DNA of 63,169 bases, filler included, from Octopus bimaculoides (taxonomy: Eukaryota), in the NCBI RefSeq assembly GCF_001194135.2. It is 4 parts of 4 records of this genome, joined end to end, with 100 filler letters (N's around TTAATTAATTAA, not from the genome) between each part and the next. Parts side by side here need not be neighbours in the genome. Positions count along the whole stretch, not along the records: positions 26,710 to 48,694 come from NC_068999.1; positions 48,795 to 56,510 come from NC_068986.1; 2 more parts are not named here. The stretch is one strand, 5' to 3'. The notes under the pieces were generated by a model. It saw nothing but the letters and a program-made list of their open reading frames with translations. It did not search any database and had not been told where the DNA came from. Shown piece by piece: positions 36,821 through 49,069 of the stretch; position 1 is the stretch's first letter; the number at the start of each line of letters is the position of its first letter. The translations under genes and the position numbers were made by a program.

Positions 36821-38824
36821 GGCAATCCCACAAAACTACAAACCAATAACCTGTCTCCCTACAATTTACAAAACCTTTACTGCAATAATATCACAGAGAT
36901 TGAGCAAGCATCTGGAACAAAACAACCTGTTTCCAGAAGAGCAGAAGGGATGCTGCAAGGGCTCATACAGATGTAAAGATCAACTAATGGTCAATAAAGC
37001 CATAACTGAAGACTGCTATTGACAGAAGAAAGGCCTCAGTGTGGCCTGGATCGACTACTGAAAGGCTTTTAATAGTATTCCCCACACGTGGATCCTCAAA
37101 ACACTAGCCATGAACAAGGTAACACCAATTATTATAAAATGCATAAGACACTCTATGAATAAATGGCAGACAGTGCTACAGCTCCAAACAAAAGAGGAAC
37201 TCGTGAAAACCAAAACCATCCCCATTAGAAGAAGAATATTCCAGCGAGACACGCGCTCTCTACTCCTTTTCTGCTTGGCACTGAGACCTTTATCTGACAT
37301 ACTAAATAGAACTGGATGCGGATACAAATATTACGGTAAAACAATCAGCCACCTCTTATATATGGATGACCTAAAACTATACGCTACAAATGATAAATAG
37401 CTGGAAACACTGCTACAGACAGTACAGGGATTTACCAAAGAAATAGATATGAAATTCCGCTTAGAAAATGTGCCAAAGCAACCTTCAAAAGAGTAAAACT
37501 AATTAAGAGTAGCAACATCACACTAGATAAAGCCAATGAAATAAGAGAATTAGACCAAAGCCAGACATACAAATATTTAGGAATCAATGAACTAGATAGG
37601 ATACGACACACACAAATGAAAGAGAAAATAAAGAAAGAATACTATAGACGAGTTAGATCAATACTGATAACAGAGCTCAATGCTAAAAACAAGATAATAG
37701 GTATCAACACTCTAGCCGTCCCAGTTATAAGTTACAGCTACAATATCCTTAATTGGATACTAAATGAACTAACCAAAATAGACAGGAAAACAGTAAAAAT
37801 AACGACAAGATCTAGGATGCACCACCCAAAATCTGACATAGAAAGGCTATATACACAACGTATAGAAGGTAGTAGAGGCCTTATACAGCTGGAAAACTAT
37901 TATAAAATGACTACCATAAAACCGTTTTCAGTATTTAAGCAACGGACCTTGATAAAACTATGGCAAGAAAAGCCCCTTCATGGCAAATACTGGGCTAAAC
38001 TAAACGCAAAAGAAATAGACAGAGAAAAATCCCAGCAATGGTTGAGAGGCTCAGGACTCAAAGCAGAGACTGAAGGACTTTTAATTGCAGCACAAGACCA
38101 AAGCCTCCCCACCAGAAATTACCAAAAACGTATAATGAAAAGAAACATAACAAGTAACTGCAGAATATGTGGAGATGGACAAGAAACAATAAATAATATT
38201 ATCTCTGGCTGCCCAGTCCTGGCTAAGAAGGAATATATTCACAGATACGACAGAATTGTGACCTATATACGCTGGAAGATTTGCCAACACTAAGGAATAA
38301 CAACAGAAAAAAGATGGTATAAGCACACGCCAGAAAAGGTCACAGAAAACGAGAAAGCAACCATACTACGGGATATGCCAATACACACAGATAGAGAAAT
38401 TAAGGCCAATAGGCCAGATATAGTTGTCAGAGATCATTAAGACAAAAATGCCTTCTAATTGATGTATCAATACCAGCAGTTGACAACGTTTCTCTAAAAG
38501 AAATGGAGAAACTTTCAAAATACAAAGACCTGAAAATAGAGGTAACTCAAATGTGGAATCTAAAAACAGAAACAATTCCTATAATAATGGGCGCATTAGG
38601 TATGATAAAAATATTCAGACAAATACATAACAAAATCACCAGGACTTACAAATATATATAACATACAGAAAATTGCACTACCAGGCACTGCTCACATCCT
38701 ACGCAAAACACTTTCAATACAGTAACAATAAGAGCATCACAGCAAACTACAGCACATACCTAAGGCACACAGAGCTGCGTTTGGTAGTGAAGTGAAAGCA
38801 CGTTATAAAAATAAAACTACTGAA
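36818..38824 (+). mobile_element. R4/Dong-like family C, 5'-truncated (RT, CCHC finger, restriction-like endonuclease, 3'UTR)
   Basis: NYKPITCL, VAWIDY, HLLYMDDLKLY, YKYLG, IAAQDQ, CRICGDGQETINNIISGCP, RPDIVV. Scattered stops and frameshifts. (AAT)n on both sides. Confidence 0.95.
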
Positions 38825-38856
38825 TAGTAATAATAATGATAATAGTAATAATAATA

Positions 38857-38904
<48 letters not shown>

Positions 38905-38912
<8 letters not shown>

Positions 38913-39090
38913 CCTTTCTATTATAGGCACAAAACCTGGAAACTGAAAACTTCGAATCGAGGCTAGTCGACTACATCGACCCCAGTGCGTAACTGGTACT
39001 TATTTCATCGAACCCGAAAGGATGGAAGGCAAAGTCGACTTCGGCGGAATTTGAAATCAGAGCGTAAGGACGTAAGAACATACAGACTCA
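38905..39090 (-). mobile_element. SINE family 1 copy
   Basis: Its tail abuts the (AAT)n after the R4 copy; central box present. Confidence 0.85.
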
Positions 39091-39129
39091 GAACGTAAGA
39101 ATGCATCTAAATAATAATAGAATAATGAT

Positions 39130-40170
39130 AAAATAACGACCATAGGATTACAGAAATATCTAGCTCAAGCAAGGAAAACTGGTACAAACAGCTTCAAAAC
39201 ACGAGCAAAACAAAAAAAAACTGATTCCTGTTTTCAAGGAAACCGAAAAGTACAAGAAAGAAGTCATAGTATCTGACAGTATATGAAGAAAACTAGTAAT
39301 CAACAAAAGCTGTAAAGCAACTGAAATCCAAGCTAAAACTGGAACAACAAAATACCATGATAAATAGATTGCAAGGAAACCACTACGCGGCAAATACTGA
39401 AATAGGCTAAACAAAAAAGAAATAGATAAAGTAAAATCCCATCAATGCTTGAGAAGCTCAGGACTCAACGCAGAGACTGAAGGATTTTTAATCGCTGCAT
39501 AAGATCAAATTCTGCCCACCAGAAACCACCAGAAGCACACAATGAAGAAAAATACAAGTAACTTGCAGAATATGTAGTGATGGGAAAGGAACAATAAATA
39601 TGTAGTGATGGGAAATGAACAACTGTCTCTGGATGCCCAGTCCTAGCTAAGAAGAAATATATCCACAGACATGACAGAGTTGGGACCTATATACACTGGA
39701 AGCTATGCCAACTCTATGGAATAACAACAGAAAAAATGGTATAGGCATATCCCAGGAAAGTTTTAAGAAAATGACAAAGCAACCATACTCTGAGATATGC
39801 AAATACACACAGACAGAGAGATGAAGGCTAACGGACCGTATATATGTAGTTGTCAGAGATCATCAAGAAAAAAAAACTGCTTCCTAATCGATGTATCTCT
39901 AAAAGAAACGGAGAAATAGAGATAACTGAATGTGTAACCTAAAAACAGAAACAATCCCTATTATAGCAGGTGCATTAGGTATGATTAAAAAGCATACAGA
40001 TAACCAAAACATCAAAATAGCACTACAAGGCACCGCACACATCCTACATAGAGCACTTTCAATACAGTGAAAATGAGACCAAAACAAACTACAGCAAATA
40101 CCTAAGGCACGCAAAACTGTGCTCGGTAGTGCAGTGTGACGGACGTGATAAAAATAAGACAACCGAATAA
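39130..40170 (+). mobile_element. Older, decayed R4/Dong-like family C-type 3' half
   Basis: KPLRGKY, SGLNAETEGFLIAA, YIHRHDRVGTYIHWKLCQ; degenerate family C 3'UTR. Confidence 0.85.
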
Positions 40171-42383
40171 TAATGATGATGATTGTAACTTACCCACTTG
40201 ATAAATATAAATCTCTAAGTACCAGGATGTAATTAGTTTTGAGATAGTTATGACCGACTTTACCGGTATGGCCGTTGTCTAATGACTGAAACCAGTAACT
40301 GTGTTACTACACCGCAGTTTCTTATAAGATTTCTAATAAAATGAATCAGTTATTTGTTTAAGAAGAAAACGCTAGAAGTCTAAATGTAATAATTATTCTA
40401 ATTTCGATAATGTTTCCAGAGAAACAATGATGACTAATTGATTTTAAATATCTTCATTGAGAGAATAAAACACATCGTTGAACGCTACGTTGATGCATAT
40501 GACTACATTTCCCAATTAAACAGAAGCGAAAGCAACCCAAGGTGAAATAATATCGACAGAACGGCGGTAAATTGTGCAGTTTATGATATTTATTAAAGGA
40601 ATTCGAATCCTGGCTGTTTTTTTTCTAACATAGTTCAATTTTGGCACATTCTTTCTTTGTTTAGGCTAGCAAAGGTTTAAGCTGCATTAGTTTTCTAGCT
40701 ATGAAAATGAAATTAGTCTTTGCAGACATGGTTTTGTAGTGAAGTATTTCGCAGAGCACAAACATTTTCTACATACTGTAGCATCATTTTAATTAATACT
40801 TAGTCAAAGGAGTTTCGCTGACGAAAACAGTGAAAAAGTCCCTCTCACATACGAGCGCACACACACATACACGCATATGCATATACACACATATACATAT
40901 ATACATGTATTGTATATATANNNNNNNNNNNNNNNNNNNNNNNNNNNNNNNNNNNNNNNNNNNNNNNNNNNNNNNNNNNNNNNNNNNNNNNNNNNNNNNN
41001 NNNNNNNNNNNNNNNNNNNNNNNNNNNNNNNNNNTATATATATATATATATATATATATATGGGTGTTCATGTATTATTCACGCATAATAAACGCATCAT
41101 TTATTACACATTCATACACATGTTATACACAAACACACATGTACATATATTCTATATTCTTGATTTGGAAAGGAAACTGGATACGTCTTCCTTAAAGAAC
41201 ACTCATCTGACCGTAAAACTGACCGTCAAGAGATCCACACCATTTTTTCATGAACATCAACAACAGAGAAGAAATGTGTTTAAAGTTTTCTTTCAACCTC
41301 AGCTAGGATTTGAAATATTTAAATGAATTTCAGTTCCTGTGATTCACGATGTCATTTGCATAATATATACATGCATACACCTCCTACATACATGTATATA
41401 CACAAACATATACACATACATACAATCACATAAATATAAACATAAACACACACGCACACACAGATAAGAAACAGAATGGAATTCCCGAGATTCTTTATCA
41501 AAACCATTACAACTGTTTCGACTCATTCTCGAACCTGTAGCTCATATGTAAGATGCTGTGCAGTCAACTATCTTGTAGAATGCGTCCACAAAAGGGACAT
41601 TTTAAGCAAGTTCGTCGCTATATCTTCTCACCATTTCACTTAGTTTCATCACGTATAACTAGATTGCGGTGACATTCTAGCAATCCATTGAGAGATACAC
41701 CATGAAAAGTAAAATACATCAATAAGAAATACATGGATATTAGGGTGGAGCGAAAAAAGACACCTTATACATAGATTTTCGAAATATACTTTTAAGAATA
41801 TATTTTTAAAACAATTGTGTTAATATCTGAAGTTCTTAAATTTACATCTTTATAGTCCGCGGCCCAATTGAAATTTTAAATACTGAGCGAAAAATCAATT
41901 TATAACATGTTTGTCGTTCCTCATTTTATTTTTTATATTTATTATTACGAATTAACTTTTTTTTGCAAAATATTTTAAGAATAAGAGTGTTAAAATCTCA
42001 AGTACTAAAATATATTTCTTTAGACACCGCAATGCACTTAAAACTTCGAAATTATATGAAATAAATAGACTTTTCGACTTTGTTTCCTTTATTATGTTTA
42101 ATACTAGGACATATGTATATATATATATATATATATATATGAACACATGTACACACACATACATATGTCCACATACATGCATAATCTGTACGTTTATACA
42201 TCGATGCTTCTCAGTAATTATTTCTAGAGGCAGAAATTAAAAGGGATCGAAATAATGAATGGAGAATAAAATCATATAACATATCTATTTGTATATGGAC
42301 ATATCTACACTTTTGGCAAATGTTCCTACTCTAATCCTAATATATCGAACCCGTATGTAACGTAATTTATATTGATACATACA

Positions 42384-42416
<33 letters not shown>

Positions 42417-42611
42417 TAAATTTGCCACGAGAGCAGTACACAGAGTAGCTATGGGCTAGACGAGGACATTCATGAGATGAATGATAAAGAAAATGAGTAA
42501 AAATGAGAGGGGCACCAGCACCCGCCGACCAATAACCCCTCGAAAACATTGTTCAATTTCCAAAATATTACAAATAATATTACAATATATACAATTTTTC
42601 TTTATTTTTCT

Positions 42612-44149
42612 TTAATCCTCCTCATCTGATCCCCCGAGTAAGTTCCCTGCCGCCTGCAGGAAAGCCTGCAATGGCAGGTCGGGGCCCGGAACGAGGGATT
42701 GAAAATCTTCATCGTCGCAGGTCTTCTTGACCTCATTCAACTCCTTCCTGTAAATGACCTCCGCAACCATCTGCGGAGGCCAACTTGAACAGTCCATACA
42801 GACCGAGTCAAAACGATCTCGGTCCAGAAGACTGTTCAAGTATGTTTCAACAGGTCCTCCCCAGAGATAGAAAATGATGACTTCTGCTTCAAGGGGAGTG
42901 ACCTCAACCTGCTCTGTCCGTGGCACAGTTCCCACCGGAGGGGCCTCAGGTTCGGTCGGCGGCACATCTCTTTTTTTTCTTTTTTCTTTTTTTTTTCNNN
43001 NNNNNNNNNNNNNNNNNNNNNNNNNNNNNNNNNNNNNNNNNNNNNNNNNNNNNNNNNNNNNNNNNNNNNNNNNNNNNNNNNNNNNNNNNNNNNNNNNNNN
43101 NNNNNNNNNNNNNNNNNNNNNNNNNNNNNNNNNNNNNNNNNNNNNNNNNNNNNNNNNNNNNNNNNNNNNNNNNNNNNNNNNNNNNNNNNNNNNNNNNNNN
43201 NNNNNNNNNNNNNNNNNNNNNNNNNNNNNNNNNNNNNNNNNNNNNNNNNNNNNNNNNNNNNNNNNNNNNNNNNNNNNNNNNNNNNNNNNNNNNNNNNNNN
43301 NNNNNNNNNNNNNNNNNNNNNNNNNNNNNNNNNNNNNNNNNNNNNNNNNNNNNNNNNNNNNNNNNNNNNNNNNNNNNNNNNNNNNNNNNNNNNNNNNNNN
43401 NNNNNNNNNNNNNNNNNNNNNNNNNNNNNNNNNNNNNNNNNNNNNNNNNNNNNNNNNNNNNNNNNNNNNNNNNNNNNNNNNNNNNNNNNNNNNNNNNNNN
43501 NNNNNNNNNNNNNNNNNNNNNNNNNNNNNNNNNNNNNNNNNNNNNNNNNNNNNNNNNNNNNNNNNNNNNNNNNGGCGACCCTCCAGTATCACTGGATACC
43601 TGGAGCCTGCCATTGTCAAAAAGTCTGGGAAAGTCATTTTCCCTGCGGCTACTGGGGCGCACAGGGTCAAAGTTGCCTTTGACCCTTCCCAGTTAACCGC
43701 GGGAGCCATTGTTACGTTAAGCAGCCTGGAGCCGCTATCTCCCAAGCCTCGCCGGATGGTATCTTCAATCCATCCGGCCTCCATGCTCGGGGGTAGCCCG
43801 CACACCCAGGCTCTTATTATTTTTCTCCCACCATAAGTGGGGAGGAATATAATTTCTTTTCCTTCCAGTGGTTTCCCTGCGAAGGTGCAGGTTTCCTCGG
43901 GGGTACCAAATAGCAACCATACTGTTGCAAATTTGTTCCCCCGGGAAATAAATTTTACAGTTGGCAGATATTCTGCCAACTCTTTCTCAATAGTTTTTTG
44001 TTGTATTGAACGATGATGCCGAGAGATCTAGAATAAACCCTTAGCACTACCGTTCTATTTTCCATGTCTTTTAACCACTGCTTGGGTGGGGTAATCTCCC
44101 ACTCCAAGACAGGGTTCTTCTTTTTAAGTTCCTTCTCTGTCATGTCCAA
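42612..44149 (-). pseudogene. LINE ORF1-like protein (RRM-like region; zinc knuckle expected within the gap)
   Basis: RTVVLRVYSR / ISRGNKFATVWLLF / LPTYGGRKIIRAWVCGLPP / FPDFLTMAGSRYPVILEGR is homologous to the ORF1 remnant at 33055-33400. The C-terminal part is open to a stop at 42612. Confidence 0.7.
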
Positions 44150-44203
44150 TAAAACAGTTCAAAAATAATTCACAAAAACAGTTCAGCAAAAATTAATAAA
44201 AAT

Positions 44204-44330
44204 AGAAGAAAACAAGATAAAAGAGAAGAAAACAAGATAAAAGAGAAGAAAACAAGATAAAAGAGAAGAAAACAAGATAAAAGAGAAGAAAACAAGATAA
44301 AAGAGAAGAAAACAAGATAAAAGAGAAGAA
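44204..44330. repeat. 20-bp minisatellite, 6 units plus a partial
   Basis: agaagaaaacaagataaaag in perfect tandem, no spacers. Confidence 0.97.
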
Positions 44331-44949
44331 AAAACTGAAATTAAAATAATGAGAAAAAGAAGGGACCGAAATTTAGAAAGAAAGAAAAAATAGGAGACGG
44401 GAAAAATAAAAATAAAACAATGCACACAGTAGAACAGACAGGGAATCCTTGGTTCTGTATAATACTCCAACTAGGTAAATCCAATAATTAGGGTTCTTCT
44501 CGTTTGTACTCCACAGGGTAAAATCCACAGGGTATAACTTTTTCTGGCGCAATACGCCCACCAGGATACACAAGTTATTTGGCGAAAAAAACGCCACACA
44601 GAACTTTACTCAAAAAAAGTTTTCAACAGAATTCTCAGTCTGCCGCTATGGCGGCTCGAACACGCCCATCAACAACGACGAACGAGGAACACAGTCTTTT
44701 GCTCGCTAAAGCGAGCAATAATTATAAACCGCCAAGGCAGGCGAAATCGCCCCAGAGCTGGACAGAATTTACTGAAAAAATAAAACAGCAATAAATTTCA
44801 TCCAGCTCAAACAAACAAATCCACCTACCTCGACGGACTTCTCAAATTTTCATTATTTGGACAGAGCCAACACACTCATGTCCACTCTGGTTCTCAGTAA
44901 GAAGCAACACCAACGTGCATGAGCGGGAAGCGAGCTACATACATACATA

Positions 44950-45105
44950 TCACTGGCACTCCGCCGGTTTCGACAATGTGTATTCCAGTGGATCCGATCA
45001 ACGGAATAGCCTGCTCGTGAAATTAACGTGAAAATGGCTGAGTACTCCACGGACACGCGTACCTTTCGTGTAGTTCTCAGGGAGATTCAGTGTGACACAG
45101 AGTGT
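44950..45105 (-). mobile_element. SINE family 2, 3' fragment
   Basis: ggcactcc...gcctgctcgtgaaattaacgtg...cagtgtgacacag, as at 57317-57480. Confidence 0.8.
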
Positions 45106-45329
45106 CACTCGATAGTCTTATAAGACATGACCATAGACTGAAATGCCCTTTTTCGTAGTATTATAAGAACAGTTAATGTGCCTGTTCACCAAATTCGCTG
45201 AACTAAAGAAAATATGCAAAAGGATTCTTCAGAGAAAAGTTTGCGAGTCAGAGAATATATTATAAGGATGAACGTTTTTTTTTTAAAATTTATTATAGAC
45301 CATATTATGCTATATTGGACTCTTCTTTT

Positions 45330-45730
45330 AGACCAGGTCGGTCAGTGACGTGCAATATCTCTTATTTCCTGCTTTGAGATTAATGAAAGCAATATAGGGT
45401 GAAATGATAATAAAGACAGGAACAATAAAGGAAGAATTAAAAATAGAAGGGAGACACGTTACGATCCAGAGGGAAGAAGAGGGATGTACAATTGTAGTGT
45501 CAGAAACAAAAGCACATATCCCCTGCAAAACGAATGACTGCGAAAAAACCTAATATAAAGATGCTCAGTGAGTACACTAGCAGGTGCTTTTGTGTACATA
45601 GGACCCACGGCAGCTTCCTTCAAAAACGGGTATCGAAACCCTGTTGCGACATTCATTCAAAAACATTAATAAGTGGCATTTCTTTTCTGTTTCGTCTAAA
45701 AGATTTTGTAGTACATCTAGTGTAACCTTT
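45330..45730 (+). mobile_element. Penelope-like GIY-YIG endonuclease remnant (different family from 16 and 29 kb)
   Basis: One frame reads NCSVRNKSTYPLQNE*LRKNLI*RCSVSTLAGAFVYIGPTAASFKNGYRNPVATF, matching the C-x-C...CPL..C...IY...YIG.T..FK.RY.NH pattern. Confidence 0.7.
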
Positions 45731-46469
45731 CTTCGTTCCTTGCAGTACATATGCTTTTCATCTCAGTTTTTTTTCTAATGGTATGAAATACATTGGTGAT
45801 TTTCGCAAAATAAATGCTTTTGTGTAGAGTTTTAGTGCTGTTGGTACTGTTTGAACTATCGTTTTGATTGCCTTTATTGTTTCTTATTTGTGTAGTGGTG
45901 GTGATGATGGTGGTGATGATCGCGGTGAAGATGATCGTGGTGGTGATGATAGTGGTGCTGATAGTTGTGTTCGTAATGCATGATTTTCTGCTGTTGGTTA
46001 TTTTTCAAGCTTCGTTACTCGATATCTCATTGTTCTTGCAGCTATCGCTACCATTGTTGTTGTTGTTGGTATTGTTGTTGCTACTAATACTGCTGCTACT
46101 ACTTTTATTTGCGTATGGCAATTTTTGAAGGAGAAAATGTCGGTGAAAGACGGTTTCACATTCAAACTCATCCCCACCTTCTTCTCTTCTTGGTTCGGCA
46201 GTGAAAACGATGCCACATCGAAAATTCTCAATGTCTTGAAAAGAAAATTTTTCTTTCTAAATTTTTACCCCGTAGGGCGAATAAACCAAGCGATTGATAA
46301 GACCAATAGAGTCCATGTCAATTCGGAAACAAGATGCAACTATAAAATTAACAAAATTAAACCTCTGATGAGGAAAAAAAATCACAGGTTTACGGAGCTT
46401 CAAAAAACACGACCAAATTTAGTGTTAAACGTTAATAATGATAATAATCGTCTCTACTGGAAGCATATG

Positions 46470-47115
46470 GTCTGAAATTTTGTGAGAGAGGGCTCATAGA
46501 TTGCATCAACCCTAGTGCTTGATTGGTAATATTTTATCGACCCAGAAAATATGAAAGGCCAAGACGACCTTGGCGGAATTTGAATTCAGAACGTAAAGAC
46601 GGACGAAATGCCGCTAAGCATTTTGTCTGGCGTGCTAACGATTCTGCCTGCTCGCCGCCTTAACAAAAACAAAATTATCTTTCTACTATAGGCTCAAGGC
46701 CTGAAATTTGGTGTGGGAGCAGTTAAGACGATTACATCGACCCAGTGTGTAACGGGTACTTATTTTATCGACTGCGAAAGGATGAAAGGCAAAGTCGACT
46801 TCGGCGGAATTTGAACTCAAAACGTAAAGATAGACGAAATGCCGCTAAGCATTTTGCCAGGCGTGCAAACGACTCTGCCAACTTGCCACCTCATTATTAA
46901 TAATAATAATCCTTTCTACTAAAGGCATAAGGCCTGAAATTTGGTGGGTGTGAGGCTAGTTAATTTCATCGACCCCAACGCTCAACTATTATTTCATCGA
47001 CCTTGAAAGGATGAAAGGCAAAGTCAATCTCGGTGGAATTTGAACTCAGAACATAAAAATAGACGTAATGCCGCTAAGTGTGTTGTCGGGTGTGCTAATG
47101 ATTCTGCCAGGTTGG
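46470..47115 (-). mobile_element. Three head-to-tail SINE family 1 copies
   Basis: Three consecutive tail/central box/head units of ~200-220 bp. Confidence 0.9.
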
Positions 47116-47870
47116 TAGTAATGTCCAGTTAGTTTACTTAGTTCACTGCTATTAAATAGCAGCGACTGTAATTATATATATTTCTATGTCACTAATTTGC
47201 CTTGAAAGCGTAATCAAAAAGTGAGTACCTTTCGAATACAAAACAATGCATTTTAGAACGGAGAAGAAAAAATGTAAAATAAAAAATGATGTATGGAATA
47301 AAGAAAGAGAAACTGTATGATAGAGTGGTGAAGAAAAAAGTGCAAGTAAGAGACCAAAAATTGGGGAAGAGGAAAATTAGAAAGAAATATACGTGATGTT
47401 TTTGTAGTTATGCATAATCTTTTACAATAGACCTGGAATAATAAAAAAAATTGCGAATGAAATTTGGTGGCCGTAAACTATCCTGAAGGTTATTGCATAC
47501 CTTCTATGTGCGTGCGTGTGCGTGTGTATTCTTGCGTTTGTATATGTATTAGCGTGAGATTGTCGTTTAAATAAGTATCAGGCAGAGTACTGGCTCAACA
47601 TAATCGACAAAACTTTTCAATCTGTAACTCTTTAATGCGCTTCTCCTGTGCAGTCATGGTAACACCCCAACTTCAATGACTGAATCCAGTAAAACTAAAT
47701 AAATGAATAAGGCAGAAGAGCTAGAATAAAGAAGAGAAAAACACGAAGAGATGCAAAGACGTAGAAAATACTGTGGTGAGAACTAGAATGGAAAAATGGA
47801 ACATCAGCGGTGACGCAGAGAAAAAGATAATGACGGAGATAAAAATTATCATAAAGAACAACCCTGGGGA

Positions 47871-47921
<51 letters not shown>

Positions 47922-48638
47922 CGCATGCACGAGTGCGTGCGTGCATATATGTTATGTGTGGGCATAGAGAGAGTGAGGAAAGGGAAAGAGAGAGAAAGAG
48001 AAAATAACAAAACGAAAGATTAGTAATATTCTTTTGGCTAAGAGATAATTGCAGATAATGGACGTATAAAAATATCTGCCCAGGGGGAGATAGATAACTT
48101 AACAATAATTAGAAATTCCGTCAACTAGAAAACAATTCTGAAGACCCAGGAGAAGAAAACTAAATTACGATAACAGAAACGATGTGAAAACTGAAAAGTG
48201 GCAAGATTTAATTGAAGTCAAGACATGGTGGCTTTATCATTTGTTAAAAGGCATGTTGTTAACTATTGGCATAATTACAACTCGTTTCAACTGCCTTTCA
48301 AAAAATAAATACAACCACATATTGCTAGCCATTGGGTTAATGACTGAAATCACCTTGTTCCACTATTTTTACATTCAATTGTCAGTCTAATAGCGAGTAT
48401 GCCATCTTTATGACTGACAGATGATGTCGATATTTTAATCGGTTGTTGTTTTCTGGATCAATATGTTCCTATTCCGTTATTAATATTGAGCTGCTTTTAT
48501 GTTAGAGATACTTAACCCTCAATGTGTCCGTCTACCAAGTTTGCAATTATGCAATACACTACGAAACCAATAGAACAAATATGAATTAAATATTGAGAAT
48601 TTCCTGAATTTTTAATACTGGATTTTAATAAGGTATGG

Positions 48639-48694
<56 letters not shown>

Positions 48695-48997
48695 NNNNNN
48701 NNNNNNNNNNNNNNNNNNNNNNNNNNNNNNNNNNNNNNTTAATTAATTAANNNNNNNNNNNNNNNNNNNNNNNNNNNNNNNNNNNNNNNNNNNNTATATA
48801 TATATATATATATTGAATATATACATAAAAACGTTAATAGAGAGGGACTACAATTAATTGTTTTATTTCGATTATTTTGATAGCAATGACTATTTTTTGT
48901 TAGTCAATTTTACAAATTTATGTCGTCAGCCATGTTTCCGTCAAAATGAATACTTTTATCTTTTATATTTTTCTCATATTACTGTTTCTCACTCAAG

Positions 48998-49069
48998 TTG
49001 GACCTAATCGTGGGCGTTCGAAACACGACCGATGATTCTTTGTTTGAAGCAGAGCAACGCTTGCGTTCT
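48998..49069 (+). CDS. Candidate isolated 72-nt exon (LDLIVGVRNTTDDSLFEAEQRLRS), product unknown
   Basis: Pyrimidine-rich acceptor actgtttctcactcaag and donor GTGAGT; only frame 0 is open; symmetric phase 0-0; more GC-rich than the flanks. Confidence 0.3.

Larger units (their letters stand above)
42413..44843 (-). mobile_element. Tx1/L1-derived, apparently ORF1-only non-autonomous retroelement (HAL1-like)
   Basis: ~700-bp 5' region containing 20-bp tandem repeats, an ORF1-like frame 44149-42612 (one frameshift near 44000, one N gap), a ~200-bp 3'UTR and a (TATG)n tail. No ORF2 motifs seen. Confidence 0.65.

Noticed and set aside
46361-46392. aaacct-CTGATGA-ggaaa...aggttt as a hammerhead
   Set aside because: No stem II or stem III and no properly placed cleavage triplet.
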